A DNA stretch of 64,000 nucleotides from NCBI GenBank assembly GCA_963713825.1, contig CAVQNG010000025.1, positions 1-64,000 on the forward strand, read 5' to 3'. The position numbers and the translations under genes were made by a program. Every line of letters starts with the position of its first letter. The stretch's first letter is position 1. Under the pieces are notes generated by a model, which ran no database searches, was not told where the DNA came from, and saw only the letters and a program-made list of their open reading frames with translations. Positions 18,168 to 25,448 of the stretch are shown one piece after another. This stretch comes from an uncultured Acidobacteriota bacterium (GTDB taxonomy: Bacteria; Acidobacteriota; Thermoanaerobaculia; Multivoradales; JAHEKO01).

Positions 18168-20602
18168 AGGTCACCCTCGAGCTGCAGACCGGTGAAGGTA
18201 CGCGGCGGTACCAGGAAAGCGACTTTCCCCTGACCGTTGGTGGCTCCAACGCCGAAATCGAGATCCCGAACCGGCCCGTTGGCAGTCCGATCGGGCATCT
18301 CGGAATCGCTGAGGGCGAGTTCTTTCTACAGCCGATTGCTGGCGGTGACGTAGTCGTCTGCAACGGTGGGACCGTGACCACCTCGCAGTGGTTGCGCGAT
18401 GGCGATCTCCTTCGTGTCGGTGATGCAGAGCTGAAGTTCTCCTCGGACGGGAGTGGAGCCGTTCTGCAGCTCACACACCGCGATTCCGATGAAGGCACCG
18501 ATCCCCCAGTCGTCCTCTTGGCTGCCCCTTCTGCACCAGCTCAGAGAGAAGGTGCGGGAAGGCAGGAGATCCGCCCCGTGGAATTCACGCCAGCCGATCT
18601 CGAAATGGGTCGCCGCAGGCGAAGGGCTCCGCGCCCGGCCGCCCTGGCTCTGTGGCTGGTCCTGGGCCTCCTGGCGATGACTGCATGGTACCTGTTCTCA
18701 GCCCGGCCAGTAGAGATTCGAGTCGAGCCAGAACCTGAGGATCTGCAGGTCGAGGGTGGCTGGTTACAGCTCGAGATCGGCGGCAGGGTTCTTCTCCGCC
18801 CTGGGGCCTATACGGTTGTCGCAGAGAAGGCCGGCTATCGACAGCTGGAAAGCCCCATCGAGGTGACGAAGGCCAGCTCCCAGGTCTTCGAGTTCCAGCT
18901 CGAGAGGTTGCCGGGTCTGTTGATCGTCGAGTTGGGTGTCGAGGCAGCGGCGACGCTCAGGGTCGATGGCGAGAAGGAGGATGCCTGGCCGCCCGGGTCT
19001 GTCGAGCTGGCATCGGGAGAGCATGATCTTCTGATCCAGGCGGAGGGCTACCGAGACTTCGTGACCGTGGTGGACATCGAGGGGGGCGGTGTGGAGCAGA
19101 CCCTCGAAGTGGAGCTGCAGCCCCTTTGGGCCACGGTCACCCTCGATAGCCAACCCTCTGATGCCGCTGTGACGATCGATGGCGAGCAGGTCGGTCGTAC
19201 GCCGCTGACCACCGAGATCCTCGAAGGCAATCGAGCGCTCGAGATCAACCTTGCAGGTTTCAAACCTCATCGCACCAGGATGCAAGTCAAGGCTGAGGAA
19301 ACGATCGAGTTGCCGACGGTACGACTGCTACCCAATGACGGCTCTGTTGCATTACGCAGCGAACCCCATGGAGCTACCGTCACCGTCGACGGCGAGTATC
19401 GTGGGCTGACGCCGCTCGAGCTCACCATGGCTCCGGGGCGGCAGTACGAGGTGAGCCTTTCGAAACTGGGTTACGAGTCCCACACCCTCGAACTGGCGGT
19501 CGCTACGGGGGAGATCCGGACGGAAGCTGTGAAGTTGGTCGAGAGGCTGGGAGAGGTCGAGATCGTCACTCGACCCGAGGGTGCAGAGCTCTTCGTCAAC
19601 GGACAATCCCTTGGCGCCGCGAATCAGATCCTCAGGCTGCAGGCGGTGCCGCAGAAAATCGAGATCAGGAAGCAGGGCTACGTGTCTCATAGCCAGACTG
19701 TGACCCCAAGGCCAGGAGTCTCGCAGGCCCTCGAGGTCACCCTTCTGACTGAGCGGGAAGCCAAGGCAGCCGCATCTCCGCCGGTCATCCAGGGACCGCA
19801 AGGCCAGGAGCTCAGGCTCATCGAGCCGGGTCGCTTTCGAGTCGGCGCACCGCGCCGCGAGCCAGGTCGGAGAGCCAACGAGACTCTGCGCGAGATCGAG
19901 CTCACCCGAGCCTTCTATATGGCGACCCGAGAGGTCTCGAACCGGGAGTTTCGCCAGTTCGAGGCGAAGCACCGTTCGGGCCGGGCAGGTCGAGCGAGTC
20001 TGGAGAACGATCACCACCCCGTGGTGAATGTCAGCTGGGAGCATGCGGCCCGCTACTGCAATTGGCTGAGCGAGAAAGCCTCGCTCGAGCCGGCGTATGC
20101 ATTCCGCAACGGTAAGCTGCAGGGAGTCGATCCACTGAGCAACGGGTATCGACTACCCACCGAGGCGGAATGGGCCTGGGCAGCTCGATTTGCCGGGGGT
20201 AGTGGCTTGAAGTATCCGTGGGGTGCCGCGTTGCCTGTCAGTCCGGGCTCCGGCAACTACGCTGACCTTTCAGCCGTAGGCAACCTGGAGGCGACTCTGT
20301 CCGACTATCAAGATGGTTTTCCGGCTACCGCTCCAATTGACAGCTTCGGCCCCAATGCAGTTGGCCTGCAGAACATGGGCGGCAATGTCGCCGAATGGAC
20401 TCACGACTACTACGCTATTGCCCCGAGCAACTCCGGACCGCCGATCCGCGACCCCCTTGGTCCGGAGAGTGGCGACTATCATGTGATCCGAGGTTCCAGT
20501 TGGATGCACTCCACGGTGACGGAGTTGCGGCTCAGCTTTCGCGACTACGGCAACAAGCCGCGTCCAGACGTGGGCTTCAGAATCGCCCGCTATGCCGAAT
20601 GA
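18164..20602 (+). CDS. FHA-like + TM + multiple PEGA + FGE-sulfatase (SUMF1/GldK-like) domain protein
   Basis: N-terminal 'CNG...LRDGDLLRVG'; PEGA repeats 'S.P.GA.V.VDG...G.TP'; 'PVVNVSW..A..YCNWL', 'RLPTEAEW', 'MGGNVAEW', 'GFRIAR'; TTG start overlaps the kinase stop, RBS GGAGGAG. Confidence 0.88.
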   Translation: MKVTLELQTGEGTRRYQESDFPLTVGGSNAEIEIPNRPVGSPIGHLGIAEGEFFLQPIAGGDVVVCNGGTVTTSQWLRDGDLLRVGDAELKFSSDGSGAVLQLTHRDSDEGTDPPVVLLAAPSAPAQREGAGRQEIRPVEFTPADLEMGRRRRRAPRPAALALWLVLGLLAMTAWYLFSARPVEIRVEPEPEDLQVEGGWLQLEIGGRVLLRPGAYTVVAEKAGYRQLESPIEVTKASSQVFEFQLERLPGLLIVELGVEAAATLRVDGEKEDAWPPGSVELASGEHDLLIQAEGYRDFVTVVDIEGGGVEQTLEVELQPLWATVTLDSQPSDAAVTIDGEQVGRTPLTTEILEGNRALEINLAGFKPHRTRMQVKAEETIELPTVRLLPNDGSVALRSEPHGATVTVDGEYRGLTPLELTMAPGRQYEVSLSKLGYESHTLELAVATGEIRTEAVKLVERLGEVEIVTRPEGAELFVNGQSLGAANQILRLQAVPQKIEIRKQGYVSHSQTVTPRPGVSQALEVTLLTEREAKAAASPPVIQGPQGQELRLIEPGRFRVGAPRREPGRRANETLREIELTRAFYMATREVSNREFRQFEAKHRSGRAGRASLENDHHPVVNVSWEHAARYCNWLSEKASLEPAYAFRNGKLQGVDPLSNGYRLPTEAEWAWAARFAGGSGLKYPWGAALPVSPGSGNYADLSAVGNLEATLSDYQDGFPATAPIDSFGPNAVGLQNMGGNVAEWTHDYYAIAPSNSGPPIRDPLGPESGDYHVIRGSSWMHSTVTELRLSFRDYGNKPRPDVGFRIARYAE

Positions 20603-20629
20603 CGGGCCGAACTGTCGAGGGAGATTGTC

Positions 20630-20866
20630 ATGAGGTTGATTCGATTCTCGATTCTTGTGCTGTTGTTGGTGGCCGGAGCCCTGATCGCGTTCGGGTCGCC
20701 AGGCTCGGCTGAAAAGGAGCAGACTGCCGCGGCGGCTGGGTCGGCGACGGAAGAGAGCCCACAGGCGGAGGAATCAGGGGAGAGTGAGGAGCGACCCCTG
20801 GAGACTTTCGTACCCACAGAGCGGCTGCCGGCCGACAGCGCCATTTCCTTTCCCGTCGACATTTGA
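20630..20866 (+). CDS. Small secreted protein ending in FVPTERLPADSAISFPVDI
   Basis: Signal peptide, acidic linker, RBS GAGGGAG; fills the gap in the operon. Confidence 0.75.
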   Translation: MRLIRFSILVLLLVAGALIAFGSPGSAEKEQTAAAAGSATEESPQAEESGESEERPLETFVPTERLPADSAISFPVDI

Positions 20867-20880
20867 GGGCTCAAGCTGCC

Positions 20881-21702
20881 ATGAAGAAAGACTATCCAGT
20901 CGAGTTCGTCTACCAGGCACTTTCCCTGATCGTGGCGGTGATCGTTGTGCACGCCTTCTACGTGGCGGTGGTTCGGCCCAGGGCGGACACCATCCTGGCC
21001 GAGCAGACAGCACAGATGCAGGCCGACCCGGACTACGTGCAAGAGCGGTCCATCTGGGTGATCATCCGGGACTTCGAACAGGAGGCCTGCTTCGTGCTGG
21101 CGCTCTGGGCGCTCGCCATCATGGCTCTGAAAGGGGCTCAGGCCGCCAAGGAGCGCAAGCTGCTGCAGGAAGACCTGGTGCCGGTGTCGGAGGGTACGAA
21201 GATCCTGCCGGAGGACGCGCGCGAGTATGCGCGTCAGATCCAGGCGCTGCCGGATGCCGATCAACGGGCGCTCTTACCCAGGGCGCTGCTGGCAGCTCTC
21301 GATCGATTCAGCGCCACCCGCAACATCCAGAATGCCTCGACTACGTCGCACGCCGTTTGCGAGGCGGAGTCCGACAGGCTCGAGTCCGAGCTCTCCATGG
21401 TGAGGTACATCGCCTGGGCGATTCCCTCCATCGGTTTTCTTGGCACCGTGAGGGGCATCGGTGAGGCCCTAGGACAGGCCCACAAGGCAGTGGAAGGCGA
21501 CATCGCAGGCGTCACACAGAGCCTGGGAGTGGCCTTCAACTCCACCTTCATCGCGCTGCTGATCAGCATCGTGCTCATGTTCCTGTTGCACCAGCTGCAG
21601 CTGCACCAGGAAAGGTTGGTCCTCGACACTGAGACCTATCTGGATCGGCACCTGATCCGACATTTGCAGGTCCAGACAACGCCGTCGACCCTCCCCGGAT
21701 GA
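20881..21702 (+). CDS. MotA/TolQ/ExbB proton channel family protein
   Basis: 'AIPSIGFLGTVRGI' and 'SLGVAFNSTFIAL' signature TM helices. Confidence 0.92.
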   Translation: MKKDYPVEFVYQALSLIVAVIVVHAFYVAVVRPRADTILAEQTAQMQADPDYVQERSIWVIIRDFEQEACFVLALWALAIMALKGAQAAKERKLLQEDLVPVSEGTKILPEDAREYARQIQALPDADQRALLPRALLAALDRFSATRNIQNASTTSHAVCEAESDRLESELSMVRYIAWAIPSIGFLGTVRGIGEALGQAHKAVEGDIAGVTQSLGVAFNSTFIALLISIVLMFLLHQLQLHQERLVLDTETYLDRHLIRHLQVQTTPSTLPG

Positions 21703-23120
21703 GCCAGACGACCACGGTTGCCGTCGAGTTGAACGATGTTGGGGTCGTCGCGGCCGGTCCCGGCCTGCAATCGATGGACCGAAGTCCGGGTTACGCGTTA
21801 CTCGATGACGATCGAGTCCTGGTCGGTAGGGAAGCCGTCGACCGAGCTCGCCTGAAGCCGAGATGGGTCGTGAATCGATTCTGGGACCGGCTCGATGCCG
21901 AGCCATTGGGCCGTCCCTTCCCCCACAATCTGCGCAACGCGGATCTCGTTCATGCCCATCTCACCGAGGTGTGGAGGAGCGTCCAAAGTGCCATGGACCC
22001 CCGATCGGGGACGGGTATCGAGGCAGTTGTGCTCGCGGTCCCTGGTTTCTATTCGAGTCAGCAGCTCGGGTTGCTCCTGGGTATTGGTCGAAGCAGCGGA
22101 GTGCCGATCGCTGGGGTGGTGGATTCGGCCCTCGTCAGCAGTGTCCGTTTGACAGAGGTCGAGCGCTCTCTCCATCTCGACATCTTGCTGCAGCGCGTGG
22201 TGCTCACGGAGTTGGCGCACTCCAGGAGTCTGGCGAGGCAACGAGTCGAAAGTGAAGCGACAGCAGGATTGTCCAGGGTGATGGACCTCTGGGCCAAGCT
22301 GATCGCCAGTCGTTTCGTGCAACAGACCCGGTTCGATCCGTTCCATCACGGGGAAAGCGAGCAGGATCTCTACGACCAGCTGCCGGGTTGGATCGCGGAA
22401 ATCGCTCGCAACGAGGGTGCTCTCTTGACGCTGGAGTATCGAGGCAAGAACCACAGCATCGAAATCTCCGCCGCTGAGATGCAAAGTGCCGTTCGAGTTG
22501 TCTATCAGGGGATCTCGAATCTGGTTCGGGCGGTGGCCTCTACTGGCAGTCGGCCGGCCCTGATCCTCTCCCAAGATCTTTCGAAGCTGCCGGGACTCCA
22601 AGTAGAGCTCGAAGAGGCAGTTGGCTCGGAGGCCGTGATCCTCGAGTCAGGCGCCGCTGCGACCGGTGCCCTCGAGCAGCAGCACCTTCTGGTGCGAGAA
22701 GGGGAACCTGAAGTCGAGTTCGTGACCGAGCTCCCGCTCGAGCCGCCCACCGGCAGCCCCGTCTCTGCTTCACTTGCGACTTCGAGATTACCGAGGGATG
22801 CTTCGGAGGCGATCGTCAAGCCACCGACCCATCTTCTCTACGAAGGCGTAGCCCATCCAATCGACAAAGACCCCCTGGTTCTCGGCCTGGCTACTCCGGC
22901 AGAGACAAGAGGAGTCAATCTGACGGGGTCCACGGCCGGAGTCTCGCGCCGCCACTGCTCGCTCTGGCGGCAGGGCGATGAGGTCATCGTCGAGGACCAC
23001 AGCACCTATGGGAGCTTCCTCAATGGCGGCCGCATCGAAGGGCGGGCGTTGCTGGCCGCGGGTGACCGGCTACGGTTGGGCACTCCCGGGATCGAGCTGC
23101 ACCTGATTGCCGTGGAGTAG
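21699..23120 (+). CDS. Degenerate Hsp70/actin-like ATPase-fold protein with C-terminal FHA domain
   Basis: 'AVVLAVPGFY...G...G.PIAGVVDSALVS' resembles DnaK 'AVITVPAYF..AG.....IINEPTAAA'; FHA 'GVSRRHC...DHSTYGSFLNG...L..GDRLRLG'. Confidence 0.7.
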   Translation: MSQTTTVAVELNDVGVVAAGPGLQSMDRSPGYALLDDDRVLVGREAVDRARLKPRWVVNRFWDRLDAEPLGRPFPHNLRNADLVHAHLTEVWRSVQSAMDPRSGTGIEAVVLAVPGFYSSQQLGLLLGIGRSSGVPIAGVVDSALVSSVRLTEVERSLHLDILLQRVVLTELAHSRSLARQRVESEATAGLSRVMDLWAKLIASRFVQQTRFDPFHHGESEQDLYDQLPGWIAEIARNEGALLTLEYRGKNHSIEISAAEMQSAVRVVYQGISNLVRAVASTGSRPALILSQDLSKLPGLQVELEEAVGSEAVILESGAAATGALEQQHLLVREGEPEVEFVTELPLEPPTGSPVSASLATSRLPRDASEAIVKPPTHLLYEGVAHPIDKDPLVLGLATPAETRGVNLTGSTAGVSRRHCSLWRQGDEVIVEDHSTYGSFLNGGRIEGRALLAAGDRLRLGTPGIELHLIAVE

Positions 23121-23124
23121 ACCG

Positions 23125-24219
23125 ATGCCGCGGCGCACCACGAACGTCTTCAGTCTCTCCTTCCTGGATGCCATGACCTGTGGCTTCGGGGCCGTGGTTC
23201 TGTTCTTCATGGTCATCAACGCGGCCGTTGGCACCCGGTCGGAGCGCGTGACCGGAGATCTGAAGGCCGAGGTGGACCGCCTCGAACAGGAGGTCCTCGA
23301 GGGGCACCAGGACCTCGTGGAGCTCCGCAACTCGCTGCGGCTGGTCGATCAGCGAGAAGCCGAAGCACGCGGTCTGTCACGCCAGATCATCGAGAACATC
23401 GAGGATCTCCAAGTGGAGCTCTCGACCTACGAGAACACCACGTTGGCCCAAGAAGAGCACGTCAATCGGCTGATGGCGGACCTGAAGTCTCTAGAAGAGA
23501 GCAATAGGCGGCTGTCGGCCGCCGTGCCCGAAGAAGAGGAGCCGCCAGGAGATCGGTTGCGATCGTTCATTGGCGACGGCGACCGACAGTACCTCACGGG
23601 TCTCAAGGTCGGCGGTCAGAGGATCTTGATTCTGGTCGATGCCTCTGCCAGCATGTTGGACGAGACCATCGTCAACATCATCCGTCGGCGCAATCTACCT
23701 GCTGCTCGCAGGAAGCAGGCGGAGAAGTGGCGTCAAGCCGTAGCGACTGTCGACTGGGTCACGACCCAGATTCCTCGAAGCAGTCGCTTTCAGATCTATA
23801 CCTTCAACGAGGCAGCCGGGTCGGTGGTGCCTGAAAGCGATGGCCAATGGCTCGATGGCAGTGACAAGGATGTCCTCGACGATGCGGTAGAGCGGCTGTC
23901 CAGAGTGGCGCCCGAGAAGGGCACCAATCTCTACAATGCCTTCGTCGCGATCCGGGGCCTGCAACCGGCGCCCGACAATGTGATCCTGTTGGTCGATGGT
24001 CTCCCGACCCAGGGCAAGGCCAGTCCGCGTTCGTCGATGGTCTCGGCGCGCGAGCGGATGAAGCTCTACACCAAGGCGGTCGACCAGCTTCCTCGTGGCA
24101 TTCCGGTCAACGTAATCCTGTTTCCCATGGAGGGTGATCCGCGTGCTCCCAGTGCGTTCTGGCAGCTGGCCATGGCGACGCGAGGGTCGTTCTTGAGCCC
24201 CTCGAGGGACTGGCCATGA
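23125..24219 (+). CDS. Membrane-anchored vWA protein (ExbD/MotB-like TM Asp, coiled coil, vWA)
   Basis: 'FSLSFLDAMTCGFGAVVLFFMVI'; heptad coiled coil; MIDAS 'DASAS', 'GTN', 'LVDG'. Confidence 0.85.
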   Translation: MPRRTTNVFSLSFLDAMTCGFGAVVLFFMVINAAVGTRSERVTGDLKAEVDRLEQEVLEGHQDLVELRNSLRLVDQREAEARGLSRQIIENIEDLQVELSTYENTTLAQEEHVNRLMADLKSLEESNRRLSAAVPEEEEPPGDRLRSFIGDGDRQYLTGLKVGGQRILILVDASASMLDETIVNIIRRRNLPAARRKQAEKWRQAVATVDWVTTQIPRSSRFQIYTFNEAAGSVVPESDGQWLDGSDKDVLDDAVERLSRVAPEKGTNLYNAFVAIRGLQPAPDNVILLVDGLPTQGKASPRSSMVSARERMKLYTKAVDQLPRGIPVNVILFPMEGDPRAPSAFWQLAMATRGSFLSPSRDWP

Positions 24220-25235
24220 GGAGGGGGCGTCGGCGAGGTGCTCCCGAGGGCTTCAGCCTGTCGTTTCTCGACGCGATCTGCTGTGGTTTCGGAGCGATCG
24301 TGCTGCTGCTCGTGCTGACCAAGATCGGCGAACCACGGGCCCTGGAGCAAGCGCGAATCAATCTGGATGGGCTGGTCGAGAAGCTCGAGCAGGAGCTGTT
24401 CGAGATCCGAGGAGAGACCGAGGTCCTCAATCGCAGCCTCACCAGTCGGCAACAGCAGCTCTCGACGGAGCGCGAGCTCATCGCACGCCTGAAAGGAGAC
24501 CTGTCGAGCATCCAGGGCGAGTTCGCGGCCTCGAAGCAGGAGTCGGAAGTCCAGGACATCATCGAAGGCCGCTTGTTGTCGGCGCAGCAGAAGCTGACGG
24601 TGGAGATGCAGCGATTGCGGCAGCAAAGCCAGGAACAACCTCGACAGGTCGAGCAGCAGCTGGTGGGGGGAATTCCCGTAGATAGCGAGTACATCATCTT
24701 CGTGATCGACACCTCGGGAAGCATGTTCACCTATGCCTGGCCGGCTGTGATGCGAAAGATGACCCAGGTTCTGGACGCCCACCCAAAAGTCAAAGGCATC
24801 CAGATCATGAACGACATGGGGCAGTACATGTTCTCCAGCTATGCCGGCAAGTGGATCCCCGATACTCCAGGTAGGCGAAAGGCCATTCTGGACCGACTGC
24901 GAACTTGGAGTGTGTTCAGCAACAGCAGTCCTGTCGAGGGGATCACCAGGGCAATACGCACCTTCGTGGCGCCGGACAAGAAGATCAGCATCTACGTCTT
25001 TGGAGACGAGTTCACCGGTCGCTCCATCGACGACGTCGTTGAGTCCGTGGCCCGAATCAATCGACGCGACTCCAGAGGCAACCGCCTGGTCCGGATCCAC
25101 GCCGTCGGCTTTCCGGTCATGTTTGCCGTGTCCGGTGTTTCGAACTCGACGGGTGTGCGCTTCGCCACGCTGATGCGGATCCTCTGCCACCGCAACGGCG
25201 GCACCTTCGTAGGCCTGAACAGCACGAAGCCATAA
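24216..25235 (+). CDS. Second membrane-anchored vWA protein (paralogous architecture)
   Basis: 'FSLSFLDAICCGFGAIVLLLVL'; coiled coil; MIDAS 'DTSGS', 'FGDE'; ATGA overlap. Confidence 0.85.
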   Translation: MRRGRRRGAPEGFSLSFLDAICCGFGAIVLLLVLTKIGEPRALEQARINLDGLVEKLEQELFEIRGETEVLNRSLTSRQQQLSTERELIARLKGDLSSIQGEFAASKQESEVQDIIEGRLLSAQQKLTVEMQRLRQQSQEQPRQVEQQLVGGIPVDSEYIIFVIDTSGSMFTYAWPAVMRKMTQVLDAHPKVKGIQIMNDMGQYMFSSYAGKWIPDTPGRRKAILDRLRTWSVFSNSSPVEGITRAIRTFVAPDKKISIYVFGDEFTGRSIDDVVESVARINRRDSRGNRLVRIHAVGFPVMFAVSGVSNSTGVRFATLMRILCHRNGGTFVGLNSTKP

Positions 25236-25346
25236 GGGGACTGGGGGTTGAGGCGGCCGGGCGTGCCTTCCGGCCGATCCTTGGGGCCTTGGGGGTTGAG
25301 GTGGCCGTTGTACCTCCGGCCTGTCTTCGAGGGCTTGGGGCTTGAG
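25236..25346 (+). repeat. ~47-bp tandem G-rich repeat with GGCCG hairpin (about 2.3 units)
   Basis: Units GGGnnTGGGGGTTGAGGyGGCCG..GTrCCTyCGGCC..TCyT; same unit at 27568-27668 (minus) and 37420-37488. Confidence 0.8.
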
Positions 25347-25448
25347 TCCTCAACATATGACCACAATCTGCGAGGGATCCTCGGAGCGCCGAATCGACAG
25401 GAAGGCATCTACCTTAGAATTGGCCGACGATGCATGGAGGCTGACTCG

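Noticed and set aside
18164-20602. Formylglycine-generating enzyme or DGR target
   Set aside because: Catalytic cysteines are absent and no sulfatase is nearby; no reverse transcriptase or template-repeat copy was seen in the window
16182-23120. Type VI secretion cluster
   Set aside because: Kinase/FHA/FGE resemble T6SS accessory proteins, but no tssB/C, hcp, vgrG, clpV or tssJLM genes are present
20881-25235. Zorya defence system or flagellar MotAB / ExbBD-TonB
   Set aside because: The MotA-like protein lacks the long ZorA tail, the partners have vWA rather than OmpA or ExbD domains, and there are no ZorC/D/E, TonB or flagellar genes
25248-25448. Long N-terminal extensions on ggt, rfaE1 (to 37643), the methyltransferase (from 37756), thiolase, ruvX and lptD in the ORF track
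   Set aside because: The extensions run through repeats or neighbouring genes; downstream starts fit the family N-termini, several with a clear RBS
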